From the NCBI GenBank assembly GCA_963675525.2, contig CAXXSL010000016.1, positions 448,001 through 512,000 of the forward strand: 64,000 nt of DNA, given 5' to 3'. The position numbers were made by a program, and so were the translations under genes. Every line of letters begins with the position of its first letter. The stretch's first letter is position 1. The notes beneath the pieces are model-generated. The model made no database searches and was not told where the DNA came from. It saw nothing but the letters and a program-made list of their open reading frames with translations. This DNA is from Anaerohalosphaeraceae bacterium (lineage in GTDB: Bacteria; Planctomycetota; Phycisphaerae; Sedimentisphaerales; Anaerohalosphaeraceae). This document shows positions 1 through 10,255 of the stretch, in pieces.

Positions 1-618
1 AATTGCCAACGGCTTTGGTATATAACCGATCCGGGGATATTGATAAGCAATACGATACCACAGGTCGTTGTCCTGAGCCCGTTTCATGCCGGGTTCAAAC
101 ATCCCGACCGTTTCAAAGACCTCTTGCTTGATAACCAAGACGGATGTCCATGCGTATCCATGATTCCTGTAAGCAAGGAAATAATCCTCGAACAACTCAT
201 CCCTTAACACGGCTGTCAAATTCGGGGAATCATGTGCCTGTCGTAATTTTTCATCCCCGTATTCTTTACGGTAAAAATCGGAGTAGGCCCATTTCAGATC
301 CGGGTGCCGCATTAAATGCTCGGACTGGAGTTTGAGTTTTTCGGGCAGCCATTCGTCATCGGCATCCAAAAAAGCGATCCATTCACCCATGGCCGCTTCG
401 ATGCCCCTGTTTCGGGCGACGCTGACGCCGGCGTTTTCCTGCCGGATCAAGGTCACCTTATCGGCATACGAGCTTACGATTTCGGCGCTCTTGTCCGTTG
501 AACCATCATCGACCACAATGATCTCATCGGCCGGACGCGTTTGCGCCAGAACGCTTTCAATCGCCCGGGCAATCGTTTCTTCGGAATTATAGGCCGGTAT
601 CACCGCACTGATCTTCAT
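1..618 (-). CDS. Glycosyltransferase family 2 (3' end runs off window)
   Basis: Manual translation from ATG 618: MKISAVIPAYNSEETIARAIESVLAQTRPADEIIVVDDGSTD...NRGIEAAMGEWIAFLDADD, typical GT-A motifs. Frame is open to position 1. Confidence 0.93.
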   Translation of the reverse strand, partial: MKISAVIPAYNSEETIARAIESVLAQTRPADEIIVVDDGSTDKSAEIVSSYADKVTLIRQENAGVSVARNRGIEAAMGEWIAFLDADDEWLPEKLKLQSEHLMRHPDLKWAYSDFYRKEYGDEKLRQAHDSPNLTAVLRDELFEDYFLAYRNHGYAWTSVLVIKQEVFETVGMFEPGMKRAQDNDLWYRIAYQYPRIGYIPKPLAI

Positions 619-629
619 TCGCTGATTCT

Positions 630-2816
630 TTACAATCCTATAAGACGCAACACATCATTAAATGAAACCCACAGTATCAGTCCCAGCAAAAGCGCCAGGC
701 CGATATACATGATCGGCGCCAGAATTTTCTCATGAATGGGCTTTCCGGTAATTTTCTCAATTATCAAAAAGATAATATGTCCGCCGTCCAAAACCGGCAG
801 CGGCAGCAGATTCATTACGGCCAGACAGGAACTGATCAGACCGAGAAAATACAGGTAACGATCCAGAGAAAGCCCTGTCGCCTGATAGCTAACAGAAAGA
901 ATCCCCACCGGCCCCATCAATGCAGAGGAAGGCAGATCGCCCTTGATCAAACTCGCCAGTGTCAAATAATTTTGAATTACAAATTGAGAAACCTTTTTAA
1001 AGCCCATTCGGACCGCTTGAACAGGACTGGAGGCTTTATATTCCCGGGTGTATTCAGCAAAGGGCAAACCGACAGCTAATACCGCCTGAGCATGAACCGG
1101 TTCATGTTCGGGAACGGTGAATGATACCGCGGCGCTTTTACCGTCGAACTGATAATCAATTCTTACCTGCTTTCCGGCATTTTCCTGCAGACCTGTTGCG
1201 ATATCAAAAAAGTTCGCAACGGGCTGACCGGCCACAGCAACAATCCTTGCGCCGGAAGGGATTCCCTGAATATCACCTGTGATTCCGGGAACCGGCAAAA
1301 CCTGCCCAACCACCGGGTGTTCGATATCCAAAGATAGGCCGAGACCGATCGTAACACGATCACTTCCGGGCTTTGCTTTCGGACGCACAACAACTTCAAC
1401 TTTTTGTTCTTGCCCTTGTTTGTCTTTTCGAAGCACCGTTATCGAAAGATCTTTATTTTCATGGGCGGTGGTTATTTCACGGAGCTGCCGGTAATTGGGA
1501 GAATCAATGTCACCAACTTTCAGCAATATATCCTCCGGCGAAAACAGATCCTTGATGGACGACAAAGATTCTTTTCGCAGGATGGTTTTCCTGAACCAAT
1601 TTATCATGTTTTCAATCTTTGTCGGTTCGGCAACAGCTGCTACCTTCAGCCGCGGCACGATCGACCCAAAATGAGTTAAGTCGTATTCATTACGAAAATT
1701 CTCAACTACATAATCGATCTGCATCGGCAATTTCACCGTTTCCATTGTCCGCTGGTCACTTTCAGGATCCAGTGGCCATTGCCGTGAAACCTGCAAGGTA
1801 ACCTCGGGCCGAAAAATTTCCGAAAGCATCTGCTCGTAGTGCCACGGTGACTGAACAGGTTGACCATTAACCGCTCTGATTTCATCACCGGGCCTTAAAC
1901 CCGTTTTCTTAAATAAATCCACCACGTCATTGGGGTCATCTGCAATCCTGGGATTCAATGTAACCGTTCCGGCCTGAGCAATACCCGAATAACGAAGTTT
2001 TGTTGTGTCTCCGGCAATCACCTCTGCAATCACTTCGATATTATCCTCGGTCCCGTTCGGGTGACGAACAACGTAGGAAATCGGCTCGCCGGGAGACGAC
2101 AATGCCGGTGACAATTGAACGGCAGCAAAATCCACAAAACGATCGCCGCTGACTTCGACAACTTCATCACCGGCACGAAGGCCCGCATCATACGCCGGTG
2201 AATTATTGACGACATGTCCTACCACCGCCGGCGGCAGATTAATCCCGTTCATGAACAATATCATAAACAGAACCACTGCGCCAATGGCATTGAAGATCAC
2301 GCCGGCAGAGACCACACAGATGCGAATCCAGATCGGGCGATTGGCATAGGAACGCGGATCATTATCCGCATCGGCCGCACCGGTATCGGACTGGCCCAGC
2401 ATTTTGACAAATCCGCCAATGGGGAACATGCCAATCTGGTACTCTGTCTCGTTGTCTCCTTCTTCGACCGGATCCGCCGCATCCGGTTTAGGCAGTAAGC
2501 GGATGCGCCAGCCTTTTTTAAGTTTGCGAATACCCACCAGTACCGGGGGCATACCGATTGAAAAGGCTTCAACTTTAATGCCGCCAAGTTTGGCAACGAT
2601 AAAATGTCCCAGCTCGTGGATCATCACGATCCCGCCAAAGCCCAGCAGCACTAAGCCAATACGCTGTGCTGTTTTAGGGTTCTGGAACCCCCAGAAAATC
2701 ATAAACGCCAAAATCAGCAGCGCAACAAACAAATGTCTTGATTGATTCTCCTGGGGGACTTGCTGTTCTGTTTGTTCTGTCAAATCCTGTTGAGACTTTG
2801 TTTCATTCTCTTTCAT
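630..2816 (-). CDS. rseP: RIP metalloprotease RseP (M50) with multiple PDZ domains
   Basis: HELGH zinc motif, NLLPLPVLDGGH motif, PDZ-like segments, adjacent to dxr. Start placed at MKENETK (2816), downstream of the dxr stop. Confidence 0.92.
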   Translation of the reverse strand: MKENETKSQQDLTEQTEQQVPQENQSRHLFVALLILAFMIFWGFQNPKTAQRIGLVLLGFGGIVMIHELGHFIVAKLGGIKVEAFSIGMPPVLVGIRKLKKGWRIRLLPKPDAADPVEEGDNETEYQIGMFPIGGFVKMLGQSDTGAADADNDPRSYANRPIWIRICVVSAGVIFNAIGAVVLFMILFMNGINLPPAVVGHVVNNSPAYDAGLRAGDEVVEVSGDRFVDFAAVQLSPALSSPGEPISYVVRHPNGTEDNIEVIAEVIAGDTTKLRYSGIAQAGTVTLNPRIADDPNDVVDLFKKTGLRPGDEIRAVNGQPVQSPWHYEQMLSEIFRPEVTLQVSRQWPLDPESDQRTMETVKLPMQIDYVVENFRNEYDLTHFGSIVPRLKVAAVAEPTKIENMINWFRKTILRKESLSSIKDLFSPEDILLKVGDIDSPNYRQLREITTAHENKDLSITVLRKDKQGQEQKVEVVVRPKAKPGSDRVTIGLGLSLDIEHPVVGQVLPVPGITGDIQGIPSGARIVAVAGQPVANFFDIATGLQENAGKQVRIDYQFDGKSAAVSFTVPEHEPVHAQAVLAVGLPFAEYTREYKASSPVQAVRMGFKKVSQFVIQNYLTLASLIKGDLPSSALMGPVGILSVSYQATGLSLDRYLYFLGLISSCLAVMNLLPLPVLDGGHIIFLIIEKITGKPIHEKILAPIMYIGLALLLGLILWVSFNDVLRLIGL

Positions 2817-2845
2817 GAAAACCTCTTTATTATCATTGCATTGAT

Positions 2846-4015
2846 TTAATTGACGGTTGTATTTTGTGAAAGCCGGTCGGCAACCTCTTGCCTGGCCCAT
2901 GCATCCACTTCCAAAAGAGCCTCCAGCGTCAAATGCGACTGGGCGGAATGGGCTTGCAAACAATCATCGATCAGTTCGACAATCTGACCAAAACGGATTT
3001 GACCATCCAGAAAGGCTTTCACGGCCGCTTCGTTGGCGGCGTTAAATACCACCGGCGCCGAGCCGGAGGTTTTTGCCACTTCAAATCCCAGTGCCAGCGC
3101 CCTGAAGCGATTCAGGTCCGGCGGTTCAAAATTAAGCTGGCCCAGTTTGTGCAGCTCAAGTCCGTCGGCGATACCTTTGATGCGTTTGGGATAGGTCAGA
3201 GCATATTGAATCGGCACTTTCATATCCGGTGTGCCAAGCTGGGCGATGACGGAACCATCCACAAATTCAACCATCGAATGGACTACAGATTCGGGATGGA
3301 TGAGGACATCGATTTTCTCGACCGCTATATCAAACAGCCAAACTGCCTCTATTACCTCAAGGGCTTTGTTCATCATGGTTGCTGAGTCAATGGTGATCTT
3401 GGGGCCCATGTCCCACGTCGGATGAGCCAGGGCCTGTTCAATGGTGGCCTGGTTCATTTGTTCAAGGGTCGCTTTTCGGAACGGTCCGCCGGAAGCGGTC
3501 AGGATAATTTTACGGACTTCGTCGGGGCTTCCGGCCTGCATCGCCTGAAAAACTGCCGAATGTTCACTGTCAATCGGTAGTAAAACCGCCCCGTTTTCAC
3601 GCGCTGCCGCGGTCAACAGTTCCCCGGCAATGACCAAGGGCTCTTTGTTGGCAATGGCTACGATTTTTCCGGCCTTTGCTGCGGCCAGCGCTGCCGGCAG
3701 ACCCGCCGCCCCCACGACCGCACAGACCACAATATCGACCTGCTCCAAAGACGCCAATTCCGGTAAACTTTTCGGGCCGGACAAAATCTGTCCTCCAAAA
3801 CCCGGCAAACTTTTGTTTAATTCGGCATAGTTGTTGTCATCGGTAATCGCCACATACTGGGGATTGAACCGACCAGCCTGCCGGGCCAGAAGTTGAGTAC
3901 GACTGTGGCCGCTGAGTGCAACGACTTCGTACCCCGGGCCCAGCGCCTCAATTACCTCAAGCGCATTGCATCCGATCGAGCCGGTTGACCCTAAAATGGC
4001 AACTTTCTTAGTCAT
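2846..4015 (-). CDS. dxr: 1-deoxy-D-xylulose 5-phosphate reductoisomerase
   Basis: LGSTGSIG, ANKE, PIDSEHSA, HPTWDMGPKITIDSATMMNK, NAANE motifs. Confidence 0.98.
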   Translation of the reverse strand: MTKKVAILGSTGSIGCNALEVIEALGPGYEVVALSGHSRTQLLARQAGRFNPQYVAITDDNNYAELNKSLPGFGGQILSGPKSLPELASLEQVDIVVCAVVGAAGLPAALAAAKAGKIVAIANKEPLVIAGELLTAAARENGAVLLPIDSEHSAVFQAMQAGSPDEVRKIILTASGGPFRKATLEQMNQATIEQALAHPTWDMGPKITIDSATMMNKALEVIEAVWLFDIAVEKIDVLIHPESVVHSMVEFVDGSVIAQLGTPDMKVPIQYALTYPKRIKGIADGLELHKLGQLNFEPPDLNRFRALALGFEVAKTSGSAPVVFNAANEAAVKAFLDGQIRFGQIVELIDDCLQAHSAQSHLTLEALLEVDAWARQEVADRLSQNTTVN

Positions 4016-4153
4016 CGACTGCGTAGTATCCCAGAAAACAGCCCCTTCGTCAAGAAAAGCTCCGGCAAACCGGCCGTCCGCAGAGCTATTATTTACACAA
4101 TCCCTGTTTGCAGACAGTTTCCGACTGCCCCGCTCATTAACGATTTATTCTCT

Positions 4154-4660
4154 TTAATAGTAATAAGTCAGCGTCATTTCCAGTTTCCAGTTGTTTTTGC
4201 CGGTTTTGGCCTTATCGAGGCCGAGCATTTCGCACTTGAGATCGGGCCATTGTCCCAACATGGCCGATAATAGTCGGGCCGCCTTTTCAACATCGATCTC
4301 CTTGATCGACATCGTGGCGGTGCGTGCCCTTTTTCCGGCTCTGGGTACTTCAGGGCGAACATTCAGCGTAAAATTGGACGAGGGTATTTGAAACAACTGT
4401 GTCAGGGTATTGATCGTTTCGCCGAAATCAAATTGCCCGTCCGAACCCGGTTTGATTTCATACTGCAGTCGCTGCGGTTCGATCGCAACCAATTTTTCAA
4501 TCCATTCCTGTGTTTCTTCATATTCCGGCTTGATGTCATTCTGCCAGGCTGAAACAGAACGGGGGTAAAACACCAAGCCCGCCATTAATGCCCAGATCCC
4601 GACCAGTACCGGAATCAGGATATAATATATATTCGGGTTTTTTAGCGTTTCTTTCATCAT
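4154..4660 (-). CDS. T2SS GspM/PilO-like inner-membrane protein
   Basis: Single N-terminal TM, coiled segment and a ferredoxin-like C-terminus; last gene of the gsp operon after the GspL-like gene. Confidence 0.6.
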   Translation of the reverse strand: MMKETLKNPNIYYILIPVLVGIWALMAGLVFYPRSVSAWQNDIKPEYEETQEWIEKLVAIEPQRLQYEIKPGSDGQFDFGETINTLTQLFQIPSSNFTLNVRPEVPRAGKRARTATMSIKEIDVEKAARLLSAMLGQWPDLKCEMLGLDKAKTGKNNWKLEMTLTYYY

Positions 4661-4668
4661 CGTTCCTT

Positions 4669-6090
4669 TTATTTTTTGGGTTCAATCGTAATCTCAAATG
4701 TATCGCGCCCGGACGAGGTGCTGATTCGTTGAGAAGCCAGCGTGATCCGGGGATGCTTTTTGATCTCATTAAGCAGCGCCATTGTACCATTCCGGCTGTT
4801 GGTATCGCCCTTGACTTTCATGGACCGCTCGGCAATTGTTACCTGCTGGATGATGATGTCCACATTTTTAGGACATTTGTTAACCGCTTCCAGAAAGAAA
4901 GTCATTTTGGCCGGGACGGATTTATCATCGCCGGGGCCGAGGCCTTCTTTCGCATTCTTTGCATTTTTATACGCTCTCTCAAGACTCGAACTGACCTGCA
5001 TCCCGCGTATAGGACTCCGGCCGTACATCACCGCCTTATGCTGATCGAGCGTTTTGATTTGGAGTTGACGGCTGTCTTTTTTCATTTGGATTGTTTTCAA
5101 CTGGAAAAAAATCGCCGCAGCCAGCAACAAAACCGTCGCGGCAATACTGATCAAACGCAGACTGGATTCCATGACTTTTCGTTTGCCCTGATACGGCATA
5201 AAGTCCTTGCGAAAATCGGCCTTGGGACCGCGAATTCGACCCGCCATTGCCGCCCCATAGGCAATGAGCAGTTCAACAACGGTCATTTCGCTGTCAGATG
5301 CCAGATTTTGCGACAGTGCCTTTCCCGGATTTTCAACCAGTACATCCAACCCTACCCGTTCACTGAGGCTCGGTGCATCAATCGCATCCGTTCCGCCAAT
5401 CAGTACGATTGAATCCAGAGGTGTCTGGCTGGAGGCAACCGCCAGCAGAACTTCACGTATTAAAATATCTGTCACCTCTCTGCCGGGCTTTACCAGAAAT
5501 GTGCGAATAATCGGTGCATATCCGGGATTGGGATGGATCATATAACAGTTATTCCCGGACAATGCGATAAATATCGATGCCGCACGATCGGACAATTTGG
5601 AAATCGGCTCCATGGCCCTGACCAAGCAGACAGCATCCGGTTCCATAAGCGTCGGGTCCAGTCCGCCCTCCTGAACATCCAGCAGAATATCCGTCAGCAA
5701 CTGCCGCTCTGCTGTATAAGCGGTCACCTGCGAGCCGGTCTGATCGGTACCGGTCAATTCAAACGCCACCGCCAGATTCACCGCGTCGGCCGCAGCGGCT
5801 TCTTCGACATCAAACTTAATGGTGCTTTCGATCTGGCGATAGTCGGTAAATTCTGAATGCAGGCTGTACTGTGTGTATCCCCCGCAGCCAATGGCGACAA
5901 AGACTTCATCAAACGCAAAGCTCTGCCGGATAATGGAGCGGGCGACCTGAACCGGAAACGCAGCCGGTTCGTTCTCATCCGGTATGATACAAAGTTTATG
6001 CAGCACCGAAAACTCCGAACCGGTTGAGGTCCAGACGGCCACCGCTTTATCCCTGGAGAGAAATATGCCTATGCTGCCTTTTTCGTCCAC
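4669..6090 (-). CDS. T2SS GspL-like protein (PilM-like cytoplasmic domain + TM + PilN-like domain)
   Basis: N-terminal SIGIFLS actin-like fold start, central TM, PilN-like C-terminus; operon position. Confidence 0.7.
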   Translation of the reverse strand: MDEKGSIGIFLSRDKAVAVWTSTGSEFSVLHKLCIIPDENEPAAFPVQVARSIIRQSFAFDEVFVAIGCGGYTQYSLHSEFTDYRQIESTIKFDVEEAAAADAVNLAVAFELTGTDQTGSQVTAYTAERQLLTDILLDVQEGGLDPTLMEPDAVCLVRAMEPISKLSDRAASIFIALSGNNCYMIHPNPGYAPIIRTFLVKPGREVTDILIREVLLAVASSQTPLDSIVLIGGTDAIDAPSLSERVGLDVLVENPGKALSQNLASDSEMTVVELLIAYGAAMAGRIRGPKADFRKDFMPYQGKRKVMESSLRLISIAATVLLLAAAIFFQLKTIQMKKDSRQLQIKTLDQHKAVMYGRSPIRGMQVSSSLERAYKNAKNAKEGLGPGDDKSVPAKMTFFLEAVNKCPKNVDIIIQQVTIAERSMKVKGDTNSRNGTMALLNEIKKHPRITLASQRISTSSGRDTFEITIEPKK

Positions 6091-6119
6091 GTTATTACTC
6101 CTGATTGATCATTCGATTT

Positions 6120-7502
6120 TTATTCATACAATACCATCAGCGTCTGCGTATTCCGAGCTTCCTTGACAACCGTCACAACAGCCGAAGCACTGGCATTACC
6201 GCTACGGCTTTTAATCGTTATCTTGAAGAAGGTACTGGTTGTTGTAATATAATTTTTCAATTGATTAAACGTCTCTGTATCCAGCCGGCCCAACTCCTTA
6301 ATTTCATCCACTTTAACAAAGGGCTTTTCCTGACGCCGCAAAATCACCTGATGGGCCAGTTCCACCGGTTCGGTTGCAAACACAAATGCCGCCTCCAAAA
6401 CATGCCGGGGGGCGGTGTTGATATTAATCCGCTGAGAGCCCCATAAGCCCAGATATTTCAATGCGTTTTCAGCACGCCGACCGGTGCCGGAAACCGGCCG
6501 GGCCAGTTGCTCCGAGTCCAACAGAGAGCTATGGAACAGCTTGGCGAAGTCGGTCGTGTGGGCCACGGCTGGTCGCTTTTGAGCCGCAGCTTGGGTTTTA
6601 TTAGCGGCCTGATTTTTAATATTTCTGTTGGAGGCACGAAAACGGCTGGCCGCAGATCCCCGCCTGGGAGGCGCAGCCTTGCTAATTAAAATCGGCCCAG
6701 GATTTAGTGTAAACAGTTTCCTTTTAGAGATATCTTCGCACTGAGCCTGAAGTTCCTTCATTTCATTCTCAGTCATTTGCATCCATTCACCAAAAGTCTC
6801 CAATGCATACTGCACCGACTTGTCATCCTTTTTATATGTCGCAACCAGCCAGCTCAAAGGCAACTTGGCGTTTTCATCTTCAATCGTAATGGTTACATCG
6901 CAGGGTCCGATCTGAATGTTGATCGGATCGATCACAAAGGGCCACGGCGGTCCGTACGGGCCGGGAATTTCGACGTCATTGGGGTCCAGGTTCACGACAT
7001 AATAATCCATATCTTCATCATAATCTATCTCATCATTAATCGTCGTTGCCTCAGGCGGTGTCTCTTCGCCTCCGAATAATGACGCCAATTTACTCATCAG
7101 GCCGGCGGTATCGACCGGCTCAGACCCGTAAAGGCTGGCACCGGCTTTCAGGACACTTTCAATTTGCTCATCTGTCGCCTCGGCAGCCCATGTATTGATT
7201 AACTGGGCATATTCCTGTTCATTCATCCAGAAAAGGTCTGAAAAATCCGGCTTATCGGTACGATCTTCGAATAGAAAACTCCGTTTATAAAAATCCGTAA
7301 GCATATACTTGATGCCCGAATCCACCCCATATCGCGCCCGCTGATATTCGATCATATATTGCTGGCGGCGTTTGGCCATCGTCAGGCGTGTGGCCAGCCC
7401 GGCTGTCAGGGTGGCCAGCACCACCAAAACGATCAGTGTCACCAGCAAGGCAAAGCCCGCTACGTGTCCGAATTCCACAACTTGTTTTGTTTGTCTTCTC
7501 AT
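6120..7502 (-). CDS. gspK: T2SS minor pseudopilin GspK
   Basis: GFALLVTL prepilin lacking Glu5, IEDENAKLPL, RININTAP and HhH-like RRQEKPF. Confidence 0.85.
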   Translation of the reverse strand: MRRQTKQVVEFGHVAGFALLVTLIVLVVLATLTAGLATRLTMAKRRQQYMIEYQRARYGVDSGIKYMLTDFYKRSFLFEDRTDKPDFSDLFWMNEQEYAQLINTWAAEATDEQIESVLKAGASLYGSEPVDTAGLMSKLASLFGGEETPPEATTINDEIDYDEDMDYYVVNLDPNDVEIPGPYGPPWPFVIDPINIQIGPCDVTITIEDENAKLPLSWLVATYKKDDKSVQYALETFGEWMQMTENEMKELQAQCEDISKRKLFTLNPGPILISKAAPPRRGSAASRFRASNRNIKNQAANKTQAAAQKRPAVAHTTDFAKLFHSSLLDSEQLARPVSGTGRRAENALKYLGLWGSQRININTAPRHVLEAAFVFATEPVELAHQVILRRQEKPFVKVDEIKELGRLDTETFNQLKNYITTTSTFFKITIKSRSGNASASAVVTVVKEARNTQTLMVLYE

Positions 7503-7541
7503 TCTATGATTACTTACATTGAAGCGATTAAATTCATCGGC

Positions 7542-8333
7542 CTATTCTTCGACCTCCGGTTCTTCGTCCGGTTCTTCGTCAACCAGACTGTTCGGATCGT
7601 CGGGGTCTTCATCCAGCACGCTCATATCGATATCCATTTTAACAAACTGGTATGGAATCAGCCGGGTCCGGTCGATCGCAATTGTCCGATAGCTGATGGC
7701 TTCGTCGGGAACACCGACCTTGCCGTCCGGCAATTCTTCCAGCGGGTCAAATGAGATCCCAACGCGAACCGCCTCGGGTAATTTATCGGATGTCCAGGAG
7801 GACAGAATCGTCTCGCCCTTTTGGACCCGAAACTCAAAAAACGTCACACCTGAAGCAACCGGAATGTAAAGGCCGGCACTGGGTGAATCGTCCGGATTAT
7901 CCTCAAGCACTTTGTCCTCGACGTTCAACCCATCGTGCATTCGATAGAGAATCAGGGCATCGTCCTGCGCATCATACGACGTCTGCCAGATAATTGTTTC
8001 ATAGGTCTGCTTTTTATCCCCGTTGCCGTAATAGCTGTTCTCCAGCACCAGTTGGCCGGAGTAATAGCCCGTGTCCAGTTTATTGCGGAATTTGACCGTC
8101 GCTTCGAACCCGGGGGCCGCCAGGCGGTCGATATCTTCGGCGATTTTCTGCAATATCTCATTCTGCATCTGGTACCGTGTCATGTGACCCACAATCGTCA
8201 CAGCGCTGGCCCGAACACGCTGATAGATCATCATCACCGCCGTCACGACCATGGCCGCCATCGTGACGACGACCAGCATTTCGACCAACGTAAAAGCAAA
8301 ACGAGATTTCATCGTTTTCTTCTTCATCATCAT
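7542..8333 (-). CDS. gspJ: T2SS minor pseudopilin GspJ-like
   Basis: FAFTLVEML prepilin motif; ATGA overlap with the upstream gene stop; gene order. Confidence 0.72.
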   Translation of the reverse strand: MMMKKKTMKSRFAFTLVEMLVVVTMAAMVVTAVMMIYQRVRASAVTIVGHMTRYQMQNEILQKIAEDIDRLAAPGFEATVKFRNKLDTGYYSGQLVLENSYYGNGDKKQTYETIIWQTSYDAQDDALILYRMHDGLNVEDKVLEDNPDDSPSAGLYIPVASGVTFFEFRVQKGETILSSWTSDKLPEAVRVGISFDPLEELPDGKVGVPDEAISYRTIAIDRTRLIPYQFVKMDIDMSVLDEDPDDPNSLVDEEPDEEPEVEE

Positions 8334-9211
8334 TGCGACGGCGGTTCGGTACCAGTCAGTTTTTTGATCAGCGGCCATAGTTCTTTCGGAATATTACCCC
8401 AATCCCACTGAGTATCAGGCGACTCTTCCACTGGTTTTGTCTCCGGGTTTTCGGTCTCTGGATTCTCGATGTCGGGGTTTTCAGCAGTCGAAGGGGTATA
8501 GGTTGAGGCAAAATTATTATATTCATCAAAATCGATCCCAAGCTCTTCGAGAAATTCGTTTTCTTCATCCTGAAGCTGTTCAGCAAATTTTTCGTAGCCG
8601 TCAAATCCTTTTCTATCGAGATATTCCAGCTTCTGCCGGCGCTGTTGTTCGATAAAATCTTTATATACCTCGACATCGAGACCTGCCTGCTCAAGATAAG
8701 CGATCGTCGTCTCCTGGATATCCGTCAGGCCACCGTCCTGGATCAACTCCAGATATTCGGATTCGACCTGCTGCTGGGCCAGAATTTGCCTGACTTGGGC
8801 GGCAGTCAGGTTGGTGATCCAGTGTTCCAGCTCGATAGTCTGATCCTGACCCTTGCTGTCGATAAACGATGCCGAGCAAACCGCCCGTATCCACATGCTG
8901 TTTTTAATCGGCTCATAGAACGGCTCGACCACCGTCTTCCAGCGAATATCCGGATTTATTTCACTGATATCGGTCTCTTCCATATCCAATAACTTCGACT
9001 CCGACAGCAGCGTTTCCATATTCGTCCGCGCCAGATCGAAAGCCTCTTGACGAAGGCGCATATCGATCACCGCGTCCACAAAATTGTTCATCAGCACCAG
9101 CACCGATGAAATCATGATCGCCAGCAATGCCACGGCCGCAACCACTTCCACGAGCGTAAAGGCACGTGTGGACGTTTTATCTGTCAACAGGTTGTGTTTA
9201 AAATGGTACAT
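8330..9211 (-). CDS. gspI: T2SS minor pseudopilin GspI-like with long acidic C-terminal extension
   Basis: RAFTLVEVV prepilin motif; position between the H-like and J-like genes. Confidence 0.68.
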   Translation of the reverse strand: MYHFKHNLLTDKTSTRAFTLVEVVAAVALLAIMISSVLVLMNNFVDAVIDMRLRQEAFDLARTNMETLLSESKLLDMEETDISEINPDIRWKTVVEPFYEPIKNSMWIRAVCSASFIDSKGQDQTIELEHWITNLTAAQVRQILAQQQVESEYLELIQDGGLTDIQETTIAYLEQAGLDVEVYKDFIEQQRRQKLEYLDRKGFDGYEKFAEQLQDEENEFLEELGIDFDEYNNFASTYTPSTAENPDIENPETENPETKPVEESPDTQWDWGNIPKELWPLIKKLTGTEPPSQ

Positions 9212-9770
9212 TTTCTTTATATTGCGGCAGATAAATCTCCGCCTCGCCCTCGAACAATTCGGGCGGGCGGGCAAAACGATGGATCACGATGGTCCACGGC
9301 CGCCCGTCCGCATCGAGCAAGCCGACTTTGCCGCCGTATTGCCAGCCGGACCTGCCCGCCAGGAAACGGGCCTCGGTGACATTTTCCGCCGCCCGTGTAT
9401 CCTCCAGGTCGTCATACTGCACATAGTCAAGGGTCAAGGCGTCGCTGAAATATTTTGTTTGAATGATCGCGTCTTCGTCGGCCATTGTCTGCAGGTCCAA
9501 TGACTTGAACTCACGAAGAACGAATGCCTGTTCCGAAAAATCCAAAATTACCGCATAGCGGCGGTCCGTCGTCCCCGCGGCATCCTGGGCCAACTGAAAT
9601 ACATTCACCAGTTCTTCGGCCTGACTCTTGAATTTCAGATTGCCCCACATGGCACTGAAGCTGATCACGGCCACAGCCGTCATCAGGCCGATCAACCCGA
9701 CGACCATCAGCATTTCGACCAGAACAAAACCTTTTGGCAGACGAATCCGATACATCGTTTTGTCTTTCAT
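9198..9770 (-). CDS. gspH: T2SS minor pseudopilin GspH-like
   Basis: KGFVLVEML prepilin motif; follows gspG. Start could be 9770 or 9755. Confidence 0.72.
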   Translation of the reverse strand: MKDKTMYRIRLPKGFVLVEMLMVVGLIGLMTAVAVISFSAMWGNLKFKSQAEELVNVFQLAQDAAGTTDRRYAVILDFSEQAFVLREFKSLDLQTMADEDAIIQTKYFSDALTLDYVQYDDLEDTRAAENVTEARFLAGRSGWQYGGKVGLLDADGRPWTIVIHRFARPPELFEGEAEIYLPQYKENVPF

Positions 9771-9781
9771 GAAATACCGGA

Positions 9782-10219
9782 CTAATCCGTGTCCGTACTC
9801 CAAAGATCAAAGTCGTTGCCTTCACCGCCCTCTTTGCCGTCAGCCCCATAGCTGATGATCACAAAAGGTTTGCCGCTTTCCGGGCTGAGCATATAAACGA
9901 ATTCATTTTTCCACGCGTCGCGCGGGATATCCGTACTTTCCAGATAGCCTTCCGAGTTCCACCCTTCCACATCCGTCGGCTCTTCGACCAGTTCGATCAG
10001 ACCCATCTCTTCGCTGGGATAGCGGCCCGTATCCAGCTTGAACATATTTACCGCTCCGTGAAGCGTCTTTAAAGTAGCTTTGGTTGTGATTACCTTGGCT
10101 TTTTCAGTTTGCCCCATAAAGCTCTTGGCCGCCAACCCTGCCAGCAGTGCAACGATCAGCAAGACCGCCATTAATTCAACCAGCGTAAAACCAAACGCTT
10201 GTCTTCGTTGTTTATTCAT
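9782..10219 (-). CDS. gspG: T2SS major pseudopilin GspG
   Basis: GFTLVELM, FKLDTGRYPS, PRDAWKNEF, SYGADGKEGGEG motifs. Confidence 0.95.
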   Translation of the reverse strand: MNKQRRQAFGFTLVELMAVLLIVALLAGLAAKSFMGQTEKAKVITTKATLKTLHGAVNMFKLDTGRYPSEEMGLIELVEEPTDVEGWNSEGYLESTDIPRDAWKNEFVYMLSPESGKPFVIISYGADGKEGGEGNDFDLWSTDTD

Positions 10220-10255
10220 CCTATTTTCCTTTCCATGATCATCGACCAGAATCGT

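Noticed and set aside
2817..2963. Extended N-terminus of RseP from the ORF track
   Set aside because: It overlaps the dxr 3' end. The ATG at 2816 with an upstream GAGG is more plausible.
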